A stretch of DNA of 64,000 nucleotides from positions 27,900,001 through 27,964,000 of the forward strand of contig NC_043021.1 of the NCBI RefSeq assembly GCF_006345805.1, in the 5' to 3' direction. The DNA is from Octopus sinensis (Eukaryota). Within the stretch, counting starts at the first letter, position 1, and each line of letters opens with the position of its first letter. The notes under the pieces are model-generated. The model was given only the letters and a program-made list of their open reading frames with translations. It had not been told where the DNA came from and searched no databases. Made by a program: the position numbers and the translations under genes. This document shows positions 1-12,360 of the stretch, piece by piece.

Positions 1-1078
1 ACAACCAAAGCATTCTATAGGGGATTAGTGGAGGGGAGGTACGACGACGAGCTCGGGGCAAACCTGGGCGTCGACGAGGAATACCTGACCCGCCTGTTTC
101 AAACGACTTTCGGCCCGGGACCTATGGACAACTTCCAGAGATCCCTGGCCTGGCGGTGCTACCGAGAAGCGCTATACCCGTTCGGGATAAGCTCTATAGG
201 CATGGCTCGAGAAACACGGGGCCGACCTGCCCGAGATGCGGGCAGAGCGACGAAACCGCTCTGCACGCAATCGTGCAGTGTCCAGCAATTTCCCACCTGT
301 GGGCTTATGTCGAACGACTGCTGTCACGTGTGGGACGTGTCGGTTTATCAGCCGAGTCTATCGTTAATATCGTCACGCCTCCTTCCTTCAAACGGGAAGG
401 AAGAGCTATTTTTATCATACTTGTGGCTATGGCGAAAGAATGTATCTGGTGGACGCGTCTGAAAGGATTAGAGACAAACACTTTCTCTCTGGTCAATCTC
501 TCATCACTTCTTCAAGTATCACTTGAAGAAAAAAGTGAGAGTAGAGAGGCAAGTTTTGTCTAGTGAATGTTTTAAAAAAAGATGGGTGAATGTAGCAAGG
601 ATGGCACGTATGAATGACGAAGCCACCTTGACTATGATTCTATGAACCGTAAAAATTAATACAGAGAGTTGCTTATTTGCAAAAAAAAAAAAAAAAAAAG
701 AAATATAACATGTGACTTCATTGACCGAGGTTACCGTGGTCTTTTCCGTAGGCTTTTCTTTCCACGGGTAAACCTCACCTGTCCCCCCCTTTACACTTCA
801 TATTGACATTTCTGTGATAACGATCCCTATTGATCAATTTTTTTCCTCCTCCCCCCCTTTTTTTTTACCCCCCCCCCCTTTTTTTTTTGTCCTCTTTCTC
901 TCCTTTTACGATCCCTTTTGATCGACCCCCCCTTTTTTTTATTTTATTTTTATTTTATTTTATTTTTTTTCTTATTTTTTATTTTTTTATTTTTATTTTT
1001 TTTAAACCTTCAAAAGAAAAGCCCTACCTTGTAATTTGTTCTATCTGTGTGCAGCCCTGTGTGGCTAATAAAGAAACA
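1..1078 (+). mobile_element. L1/Tx1-like LINE, 3' end (subfamily A), cut by the window start
   Basis: ORF2 C-terminus with Zn-finger CPRCGQSDETALHAIVQC and stop at 643-645. The 3'UTR has a pyrimidine tract and AATAAA (1067-1072), followed by (TATC)n. Nearly identical to 14663-15716. Confidence 0.92.
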
Positions 1079-1173
<95 letters not shown>

Positions 1174-1218
1174 GTCTATCCATATATATATATATATAGT
1201 ATATATATATATATAATA

Positions 1219-1259
<41 letters not shown>

Positions 1260-1275
1260 TATATATATATATATG
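1079..1275. repeat. (TATC)n followed by (TA)n microsatellite
   Basis: Direct read. Confidence 0.98.
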
Positions 1276-1854
1276 TAAATGTCAATAATATAATATTTGC
1301 GTCAAGAATACGTATCACATTTTGCAGTAGTGGTTTCGATTATTCGATAATTCTACACTAGTGAAAATAATAACAACAGCGACATTCATTCTCATCGATT
1401 TTCATCATGTATAAATATCTTTGAACAGCGGTTTGACTCGGCAACTAATAAATGCATGGAAAAAATTTGTATTCCATGGCTGTGTGTTTTGGACAACGGA
1501 AAATATTTGCTTTGTCGTAAGTAAATATTCACTGTGAGCCACATGTATTCATATAAGCTTGCATATAGACACTCACAAAAACACACGGCACACGTATGTG
1601 TGTATGTGTGTGTGTGTGTGTGAGTGTGTATATGTATGTGTATACATAGATGCGTTTAATCGGACAGGATAAGTATTTTTATATTTGTTGCATTAAGTGA
1701 CTTTTATGAAATATTATCGGTTTCCATGTGTATGTCCATCTTATCAAATAAGATAAAATTTCAAAGTGAAGGATTAGCAAGAAGAAAAAATTAAAGAAGT
1801 TTCTTCTCATCTCATATTCTGTACGTTGTTTGATATTTTCTTTAATTTCTCGTC

Positions 1855-1894
1855 TCATATATATTATATATATACATATATATATTTACATAAA

Positions 1895-1980
<86 letters not shown>
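1855..1980. repeat. (TA)n microsatellite, representative of dozens of (TA)n, (CA)n and (TACA)n tracts across the window
   Basis: Direct read. These tracts produce the YIYI and HTHT pseudo-ORFs. Confidence 0.98.
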
Positions 1981-1983
<3 letters not shown>

Positions 1984-2266
1984 AGACCCTAAGACCTGTT
2001 AGACTATGGCTTCTTTAAAATATGGAGAGAGAAACTATACTGATATATTCGTATTTTAAAGATGCAATAGGCCGACAGGTCTTAGGTTCTGAAGTTACGC
2101 CATAAAGGTACCTTTTTTGGCGAGAAACCCAGGATGACCCCATAAACCGGCCTTCTCCAGCAATTAATATAGACTGCTCTACTTCTTAGACTCTGTTTCT
2201 TCTCCAGATTTATGATTCTCTAAAAAAAAACGATCATATATATACATATACATATACATATACATA

Positions 2267-2300
<34 letters not shown>

Positions 2301-2496
2301 CATATATAAATACGTATATATATGTGTGTGTGTGTGTATAGATGAGCAGAATTTAGGTTAGTTAATATATGATCCGCTCATACCTAAACAATGCGCTTAG
2401 CATTAACACTTCATTATATATATATGTTAATTACATTATTTACATTTGACGGATATTTGTCCTCATCTTGTCAGTAAAATTCACTCCATAATTGCC

Positions 2497-2570
2497 CAGA
2501 GGCATATGGCGCAGTGGTTAAGACCGCGGGCTACTAACCTCAATATTACGAGTTCGATTCCAAGCAGTAA

Positions 2571-2639
<69 letters not shown>

Positions 2640-2835
2640 TGATGATGATGATAACAACAACAGGAACATCGAATAATACCTTAGGAATGAGAACCCAGGT
2701 TCGAAATTTCCCTAAGACTCCTGATGAAGGCTGGAGGATATATCAGCCGAAACATTGTGTTAACAACAAACAAGATGAGGACAAATATCCGTGAAATGTA
2801 AATAATGTACATAATACCTCATCCTTTAAATAAAG

Positions 2836-2838
<3 letters not shown>
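2497..2838 (+). mobile_element. tRNA-headed SINE with internal (AAT)n and a hammerhead-like 3' half
   Basis: A box TGGCGCAGTGG (2507-2517), B box GAGTTCGATTCC (2550-2561), (AAT)n at about 2575-2660, and CTGATGA-A-GGCTG..CAGCC-GAAAC at 2721-2753. Confidence 0.7.
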
Positions 2839-2904
<66 letters not shown>

Positions 2905-3149
2905 CATATATGCATATATACATATGTATACGTACATACTTATATGTTTACATATATACATATGCATCTGTGGGCACAGGACGTCATAAAACATACACAA
3001 CAAAGAATACGAAGTACGAGGACATGGAATAAGGGCTTTGTTTGTAAGCAACGAAAGAAATAAAATGTAAAACAAGACAGGCAACACAAGGAACGGCCCT
3101 TCATCGGTTGTCGGCTGTTTTTCTAGTCTGTATTTCGAACATAAGCGCT

Positions 3150-3395
3150 TGGTTAAGTGATTAGAGTGTTGAACTCATGATCGTAAGGTTGTGGTTTTGA
3201 TTCTTGGACCGGGCGATGCGTTGTGTTCTTGAGCAAAACACTTCATTTCACATTGCTCCAGTCCACTCAGCTGGAGTAATGTGAAATGCGTAATCCTGCG
3301 ACGGACCGGCGTTCCGTCCAGGTGGGGAATATCTACGCCATTGAAACCGGGAAACCGGCCCTTATGAGCCTGGCATGGCTCAAGAAGGAACATTT
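3150..3395 (+). mobile_element. tRNA-derived SINE
   Basis: Degenerate A/B-box head, central TTGAGCAAAACACTT..GCTCCAGTCCACTCAGCTG domain and an A/T-rich tail. Confidence 0.7.
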
Positions 3396-4649
3396 ATTTA
3401 TATGCATATATACATATATATATGTATATACTTACATATATATGTATATATACATGCAAAAAGACGTTGAACAAAATGAGAGACGAAAACATAAAAATAA
3501 AAACAAGAAACGAACTTTTTTTCCAACAACGAAATAAACAAATAGATAAACGAGACATATTCCTCTTCTTCAGTTGTCCCTGTTTCATCTACTCCGTGAA
3601 TAGAAGGTAAGGACAAGACGCGACTTCGTTGAAACAGCCCTTCCCACAAAGCAGATTAAATAAAATTTGGGTCTTTTGCGGAGGGTGAAGGTGGTAACAA
3701 GAACAGGACAGTGAGAACAAAGCAGTAAAAACAAACGGTGAGGGCTGTTAAGTCAAGACGATAGAAAAATTATTATGAACGCAAGGAAGACGAGCTTATG
3801 AGAGGAGACAGTAGAAGCACGTGCTGTCTTTAGGAAGGTAGTGAGCAGAAAGATAGATTCTCTTTGTCACGTGTCAGCGACGAGAGAGTCGAGGAGGAGG
3901 AGTGAGAGAGAGGGAACGGTGAAGAGGAGAGGAGAAGAATAGGGAAGGATGGGAGAGAAAACCAGAAAAGAAGAACAAGAGAGGGAGAGAGATAGACAGA
4001 GAAGAGATAGTATATAATATATATTTACTGTAGTACGATCTTTCGTAATGTGTCGCACTTGACAGCACCAATAACAAGAAAGCAGCACGTTAGCGTTTTA
4101 GGGTGTGTAAATATTATTTAGTAACAATTTGCATCAGCTGTAAATTGAATAAAAACAGGATGTAAAACACATCTACCTCATGTATTTGAAGACTGACTTC
4201 GAATATTTGAGGATGTCGATTTGAGTCAAAATTAATTTTGTACACACACACACACACACACTATCTCTCCGATCTGTTAAATGACTGCTTCTGCTATTAT
4301 ATATAATAAATTGCATAATACGCATGCGCTATGTGTATTGCTATGATGTTTCATTGGTCACCAAGAAGTTGTTGAAAGAATGGCAAACGATGGAATAAAT
4401 AACATGGCATTCACTGCAGTCTTCCCTTGTTTCTCTTCCCCCTATCTCCCCTTCTCTCTCTCTCCATCTATCTACAGGCACCACCAAGAGGGGAAGTCCT
4501 GAGTCTTATCATTAATGGTGCGAGACTGAGGATTACCGTTTGTTTGAAAAGTGATGAAGAATTAGGAACCCTCAGTGTGTGTTTCCCGTCCGCTTCTATA
4601 CGTATATGTTTTGGGTTTATTTCCAATGCATTTTTCATTATATATATAT

Positions 4650-4723
<74 letters not shown>

Positions 4724-5306
4724 TATATATGTACATATATATGTACATATATATATACATATATATATGTACATATATATATACATATATATATGTACAT
4801 ATATATATACATACATATACAGCCCTCTGACAAATATATACAAATACGCGTACACATATGCAATAAACTAGAGTATCAACTAATAGTGAAGCTAGTAGTC
4901 GTATTATCTAACGTTAAACTTCTGTGATGTAGCGGCTGACGAGGTACGATAGCTACCGAAATATAGACATTCAATGAAATGGACATCCATTTATAAATTT
5001 TTCTTGAGATCCGTTCTTCCGATTAATTTTGTTCCTTTAGTTATGGAATCACAGCGCTGAATATCTGTTTAGTCTTCGAGCAGTCACGATGATTCAGTTT
5101 ATCTTGATTAAGTGTACGCTATATAAGTATATATACAACTATGTAATGTATACACAGACGCGCATACACAGATCCTCTACCACTACAAATATATGAGTGT
5201 ATCTATATTTATGCGTATGTCTATTCACATATCTGTGTATACATATATATATATGTGCGTATGTATGTGTGTGTATACATACATACATACATACATACAT
5301 ACATAG

Positions 5307-5374
<68 letters not shown>

Positions 5375-5680
5375 GGAGCTGCAATGGCCCAGTGGTTTGG
5401 GAAGTGGACTTGCGGTTGTAGGATCGCGGTTTCGATACCCAGACCGGGCGTTGTGAGTGTTTATTGAGCGAAAACACCTAAAGCTCCAAGAGGCTCCAGC
5501 AGGTGGGGTGGTGGCGATCCCTGCTGTACTCTTTCGCTGCAACTTTCTCTCACTCTTTCTTCTGTTGGCCTGCTCGCTTAGCCAGCGGGGTGGCGTCATT
5601 TGAAGGCTAAAACAATGCGAAGCGCATTGTGACCAGCGATATGTAGCAACATCTGATAGCCCAGTCGGCCAGTGTGATAT
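5375..5680 (+). mobile_element. tRNA-derived SINE (same family as 47945-48255)
   Basis: A box TGGCCCAGTGG and B-box-like GGTTTCGATACC. Collinear with the second copy over about 300 bp. Confidence 0.8.
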
Positions 5681-5847
5681 ATATATATATATATATACGG
5701 TTTAAGTAATTGAGATTCAAGTGAATTCTAATGAATTCACATGAATATAGTCCTTAACTAGGATGCACCGGAAATCTATATGGTGTTAAACATACGACAA
5801 GTGGGGTGATTACAAATAGGAAAAAAGCAACAAGAATGGATTAAAAT

Positions 5848-5933
5848 CTCGGTACAATTGTTTCGTACGATGACATCTTTAATAAGCTACAAAAAATGCA
5901 GTAAATACAGATGGCTCGTACTCGTCAGACGAA
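5848..5933 (-). ncRNA. Type I hammerhead ribozyme, inverted-arm copy
   Basis: Reverse complement of 7935-8020 with one stem I mismatch next to the core. Confidence 0.7.
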
Positions 5934-6431
5934 AAAACATCAGAGAATTCCCAAACATCAAAAGGGGTAGATACAAATGAGGGTGTAAGATTAACTGCAT
6001 AGAAGAAAGTTCGATTCCTGGAGATCCGATGAAACGTCCTAAACTTACAGAATTTGTGCATGTCCATATATAGCTCATATTGAATTGCTAATCAAGTTAT
6101 TCGAAGAAATTTCGGATACAGTCATGTGAAATTTCTGAAAATCCGAGTAAGAAGCAAAGTGACTGTCATATCGTGTAGAGGAACAGATTGTTATTGAAAT
6201 TTACAAGAATCACAGATAAGTTCGATTCCTGGAGATCCGATAAAAAGTCTTGAACTTACAGAATATGTGCATGTCCCTATAGTTCATAATCCAGTTATGT
6301 GAAGAAATTCTATAGCTATTGGTTGTATTTATTATATGACATTCCTTATTACTAACAGCAATATTATATGACATTCATTACTAACAGCAATTATTATATG
6401 ACATTCCTTATTACTAACAACACCTGGTTTA

Positions 6432-6815
6432 TGCAGGTTAAATAACATCATCTATAAATGCTCCATAACCACAGATAATAATAAATTCACTTATGTTGGA
6501 TGTACTGTAAATTTAAAAAAAAGATTGAATAACCATCTTTCCTCCTTCAGATTACGTCATAAAGCTGATAGCACCACTCTTTCTAGTAAAATTTGGGAAC
6601 TAAAAAACAATAATATCAAATATAACCTTAATTGGGAATTAGTCAGAAGAGCAATACCCTATAAAAATAGCAGAGTAGGTTGTCAACTTTGCTCCATGGA
6701 AACATTTGAAATACTAATGTATAGAAAAAAATAGAGAAATTTCATTAAACTGCAGAATTGAACTTGGAAAATCTTGTATACACGCTCGAACTAAGACTCT
6801 TAAATATTTTAAATG
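6432..6815 (+). pseudogene. GIY-YIG endonuclease domain of a Naiad-type PLE
   Basis: Translates to CRLNNIIYKCSIT..FTYVGCTVNLKKRLNNHLSSF..TTLSSKIWELK..W..CQLCSME, then a frameshift and LNCRIEL..CIH. This matches the IIY/YVG, NH..SF, LS..IW.LK, CxxC and CxH pattern. Confidence 0.85.
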
Positions 6816-7934
6816 ATATATTAATTGACAACTGTATATTAAAATCACTTTGTATAAAATCACTTTGATTTATACATTACTCCTACATAGTACATTATAT
6901 ATATAACTAGACAGATACGATCTAACTAGCTATGATTATATTCTCTCTCTAACTGTACTATTTAATACTTATTGATTTAAGTTATTTGATTTATTTCTAT
7001 TAGACTATATAAATAATTTAAATTTTGCTCTATTTTTATCTCCATTTCTTAGCCTATTTCACTTTAACCCACCTATAAAAAATTAGTTAATTAAATCTCT
7101 TAGTTTCTTTTACACTAATAATTAATTCTGCTAATCCCAAACCTATTGTAATGTATTGTAATATAATATAATATAATATAGTATAATAATAATATAATTG
7201 TTTGGTTTCATTAAAAAACAACTCCTTTTTTCTTTCCTCTCTAATGACCTCTCATTGTAACCTGACAATCTATTAATAGTAACATTTATAAATAAAGAAA
7301 TAAATTGTTGACCTCAGTTCGAATTTTGCACCAAACAAGCTTAGATTTTTCTTATAGTATTAACTTGTGTCCATCCCCTTAGCTTCCCGTTCCCTTCTCT
7401 TTGATAGCATTAATAGCAGTAACTGATTAAATTCTAGTTCCTTCCTCTTCTCTCTGCGATTCTTGTAAATTTCAATAACAATCTGCCTCTCTACAGAATA
7501 AGACTGTCATTTTGCTTCTCATTCGGATTCCCTGATATTTTCGCATGATTGTACCCAAAATTTCTTCACATAACTGGATTATGAACTATAGGGACATGCA
7601 CATATTCTGTAAGTTCAAGACTTTTTATCGGATCTCCAGGAATCGAACTTATCTGTGATTCTTGTAAATTTCAATAACAATCTGTTCCTCTACACGATAT
7701 GACAGTCACTTTGCTTCTTACTCGGATTTTCAGAAATTTCGCATGACTGTATCCGAAATTTCTTCCCATAACTTGATTAGCAATTCAATATGAGCTATAT
7801 GTAGAGATGCACAAATTCTGTAAGTTTAGGACGTTTCATCGGATCTCCAGGAATCGAACTTTCTTCTATGCAGTTAATCTTACACCCTCATTTGTATCTA
7901 CCCCTTTTGATGTTTGGAAATTCTCTGACGTTTT

Positions 7935-8020
7935 TTCGGCTGACGAGTACGAGCCATCTGTATTTACTGCATTTTTTGTAGCTTATTAAAGATGTCATCG
8001 TACGAAACAATTGTACCGAG
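7935..8020 (+). ncRNA. Type I hammerhead ribozyme with an intact core and extended stem II
   Basis: TTCGG-CTGACGA-GTACGA..TCGTAC-GAAAC-AATT-GTA-CCGAG. Stems I, II and III all pair, with predicted cleavage after 8015. Confidence 0.8.
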
Positions 8021-8050
8021 ATTTTAATCCATTCTTGTTGCTTTTTTCCT

Positions 8051-8171
<121 letters not shown>

Positions 8172-8249
8172 ATATATATCATATATATATATTTATATTA
8201 GAGACATATTTACATATATATTTATATACATACATATAAACACACAGAG

Positions 8250-8390
8250 GAAGGTTCAGGTGTGGCAAGAAGTTTGCTTCCTAACTACATTGCTTCGGGT
8301 TCAGTCCTATACTATAGCGTCTGGCCGATCAAAGCCTTCCGAGTGCAATTGGTAGACGGAAACTGAAAGAAGACGATCCTATATATGTGT
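8250..8390 (+). mobile_element. SINE fragment (family also at 24945, 32140, 47392 and 54330)
   Basis: GTGTGGCAAGAAGTTTGCTTCC..GGGTTCAGTCC head and a GGTAGACGGAAACTGAAAGAAG motif shared among copies. Confidence 0.7.
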
Positions 8391-8391
8391 T

Positions 8392-8438
<47 letters not shown>

Positions 8439-8901
8439 ACGAATATTCGCTCGTATCTATACAGACGCAAAACAATTAGTGAAGTGATGGTACTCGCCAA
8501 CACGTCACACTCGCTAGTGAAAGGCGACTCTCGATATTAGTGATAAAATTATGCCGTTTAATAACCACCACCACCACCACCACCACTACTACTACTACTA
8601 CTACTGTTTGGTTACTGCTGGTAATCTTTCATGATCTACCTATATTATTTGCATGCTTAGAATAGAAACCATGTTTCTTTCCTTTGGTGCATTCCCATTG
8701 GCTGCGACGTTTATGTTCTGTGTTTGGGGCGTTAGTTTGTCTGCGTACGCTCCTACATTTTTCTGTGTGTTTGTTGACGTCTGTGCGTCCCTGTATTCTC
8801 TTAAATCAGAAGTGTCTAATCATCAGCACGGCAGTGTATTTTGAATGAACAATATATGAAAGCCTGTCTGTGTGTGCCCCTGCTTGTACATATCTGTGCG
8901 C

Positions 8902-8951
<50 letters not shown>

Positions 8952-9954
8952 TTGATTGATGATATCGGTGTTTATTTTATATGATGTGAAATGCCTTCTA
9001 GGTTTCTTCCGAGCTCAAGGTTTTTACGTGCATTTATTGAAGAATGAAGGGCGTTTAGCTTTACTGTTAATAAAATCCATTGTAACTATTTGAAAAGGAT
9101 TCCACGGAAAATAGAAGTAAAAGAATGCTTAAATTAATATACATAAATTATTTCTCTTTTATTAAGATATCCTTGAGGCTTGTATATAAATACTTGATAC
9201 ACTCCTTCAGTATTGAAATCACGCTAAATCTCGCAATAATTACGCGCAAAATACCAAAGAGTATAGAGAACTGAAATAATAAAAGCTAAAAAGCATTAAC
9301 ACTACTGTTATTTTATATTTGTAATGCATTTGATATTTTGCATTACTGCTATTGTAAGGTTTTTAATTAGATAATCATAAGAATGTATGTTGTACTAATA
9401 TTACGTTATTTCATAGAGGTTAACGCTCTCTGCATCATAAGCATAATTACTGAATATGGGTGCTTCTCTGTTAGGTTTCTATCACCAAAAATATAAGCAC
9501 ACCTCCATAGAAATATTTTGACAAATTTCTTGCATATCGCCCACAAGATCTAACCAAAAAAATGTGTCGGAAGTGTTTCTTTTTTTTTTTTTACAAAGAA
9601 AGCATTGAAATAAGTAAATCAAAATTCGGCGTCTGGACCAGATGATACCTAACTAGGAATAATTTAATTGATGCTTTGAAGAGATTTTCTAAGTGGTGAG
9701 AAATATAAAGTTCTTGAATATATGTGTATATATATATATACATTTCGGCATACATTGTATAGAGAACATTCAGACAACAAACCTGATGTTTGATAAACAT
9801 ATTAAGAAATTTTGATGAGGTAGACTGCATTACTTACATAATGTTGTGGCAAATGATGCCTCCAACACACATGGAATGTCTAAAGGTACTTTAAAAGCCG
9901 TTCGCTCGGAGAACAAAAAGTTTGCCTGAGATCTTAACATAGATAACAGAGTAA

Positions 9955-10160
9955 GGAGGCGAGCTGGTAGAATCTTTATCATGCCGTGCAAAATAATTAG
10001 CGGCATTTCGCCCGTCTTCACTTTCTAGGTTCAAATTCCGACGAGGTCAACTCAGCTTTTGATAATTTCTGGGTCGATAAAATAAATACCAGTCGAGCAT
10101 TGAGGTCGATGTAATCGACTTACCCTCTATCTGGGCTTGTGCCAAACTTTGAAACCAGAC
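9955..10160 (+). mobile_element. Abundant tRNA-like SINE (family also at 49073, 49525, 52980, 54533 and 60360)
   Basis: GGCGAGCTGG..GTTCAAATTCCG..GAGGTC..GGGTCGATAAAATAAATACCAG..GTCGATGTAATCGAC, repeated in six places in the window. Confidence 0.8.
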
Positions 10161-11290
10161 TTGGTAATAGAGAACAGATTTTTGCTCCCCTAAAAGAAAC
10201 ATATATAATCACCAAGAATCACATACCAATCTTTGTGAACAATCCTACAACTAGTTATGAATCCCACGAAATTGAAACGGGGAGGCTGTGTATAAACGCA
10301 TCAACATTTTGAAACGGCGGCACATTTGTTATAATTTGGTTTACACACATCCAGAAAATGATAAGTCAAAGATCAAAATTACACATTTACTCAGTTTCGT
10401 GTGGCTCACAACGATCAAGCCTCCTTTAAACATTATGTTGCGAGCAACCTAGATTTTGAGACTTCATACGACCATTCCTGATTAATGACATAAGAATAAT
10501 AATAAAGACCAGAAAATCGATTCCATGCTATTACGAAAGCATATCGATGAAAAAGCAAAATGCAGATCTCTTTGATGTATGCATGAGCCAGAGATCATGT
10601 ACAAATTTTAAACCTTATTGGAATATATATTTTAGCATTATACTACAATACGTAGAACGCCATTAACTGACAGGTTTATTAAGATGACGATCTATTCAGT
10701 CACAGAAATCAAAATGAGCAGCGGATCGATAAATTCACGATGGCTCTAATCAATCTATTTCAAACGTAAAGGTTACAGTAATGAAAAGTCTGTTTCGTAG
10801 GTACAATATTCAATATTGCAAACACAAACTCCCAATCTTACACTAAATATAATGATTCAATGCTTTATATAAACAAATCTCCCTGACAAAGATGGAAACG
10901 ATTCTCAAGAATTGTGTATGACGATAAAATTTTAATAGACTGGCGAATATATTAAAATAAAGCACTAAAATTTACGGTTTCTACAATAATGTTCGCATCA
11001 ACGTTCGGACTGGGAGCCGTAGAAAGGAAATTTTATCGATAAATATAATTAGACAGCAAAAGTTATTTTTCCACACCTGACATAAAAGAATTTTCACCCT
11101 TTAAAATATATAACATAGACAAATGTTTAATAAATACCATTTCACGTTAAACAAGTTAGTCAACAATAATGTAACTACCTTGAATAATTACAGAACACAA
11201 AAATACTTAAACAAGAATGCAATTTCTTTACTCAAACTCTGTCAGAAGAAACTACCTGAGTATATCATGTGCATAATGTAGAGCTGATAA

Positions 11291-11359
<69 letters not shown>

Positions 11360-11373
11360 GTCTGTCTATCTAG

Positions 11374-11439
<66 letters not shown>

Positions 11440-11479
11440 GTCTATCTGTCTGTCTGTCTGTCTGTCAGTCTGTCTGTCA

Positions 11480-11515
<36 letters not shown>

Positions 11516-11523
11516 GCTGTCTG

Positions 11524-11562
<39 letters not shown>

Positions 11563-11601
11563 CTATCTATCTATCTATCTATCTATATCTATCTATCTAT
11601 C
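11291..11601. repeat. (TATC)n/(TGTC)n compound microsatellite at the left edge of the LINE array
   Basis: Direct read. Confidence 0.97.
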
Positions 11602-11757
11602 TTCTTTTTTTTAAATCCTCCCCTTTTTGTCCTCTTTCTTTCCTTTTACGATCCCTTTTGATCGAAAACCAACCCCCTTTTTTTAACACCAAAAGAAAAG
11701 CTCTACCTTGTAATTTGTTCTGTCTGTGTGCAGCCCTGTGTGGCTAATAAAGAAACA
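11602..11757 (+). mobile_element. Tx1-like LINE 3'-terminal stub (about 156 bp)
   Basis: Matches the 3'UTR end of the larger copies up to GCCCTGTGTGGCTAATAAAGAAACA. TATC on both sides. Confidence 0.9.
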
Positions 11758-11868
<111 letters not shown>

Positions 11869-11882
11869 GTCTGTCTATCTAG

Positions 11883-11944
<62 letters not shown>

Positions 11945-12008
11945 GTCTGTCTGTCTGTCTGTCAGTCTGTCTGTCAGTCTGTCTGTCTGTCTGTCTGTCT
12001 GCTGTCTG

Positions 12009-12360
<352 letters not shown>

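Noticed and set aside
2497-2565. SINE heads as tRNA genes (also 5375, 47945 and others)
   Set aside because: They have A and B boxes but no complete cloverleaf, and they continue into repeat bodies.
6018-6045. CTGGAGA-TCCGAT-GAAACGTC as a miniature hammerhead
   Set aside because: G at position 6, essentially no stem II, no adjacent stem I, and the second unit copy lacks GAAAC.
6432-7300. Selenoprotein/SECIS feature known from some Naiad elements
   Set aside because: The Cys positions are TGT/TGC, with no in-frame TGA at these sites and no convincing SECIS fold.
8670-8826. Minus-strand CTGATGA with distant GAAAC or AAACGTC
   Set aside because: No consistent stem I or stem II pairing could be found.
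9002-9095. Possible exon after CCTTCTAG
   Set aside because: Weak acceptor, no good donor and an unrecognised peptide.
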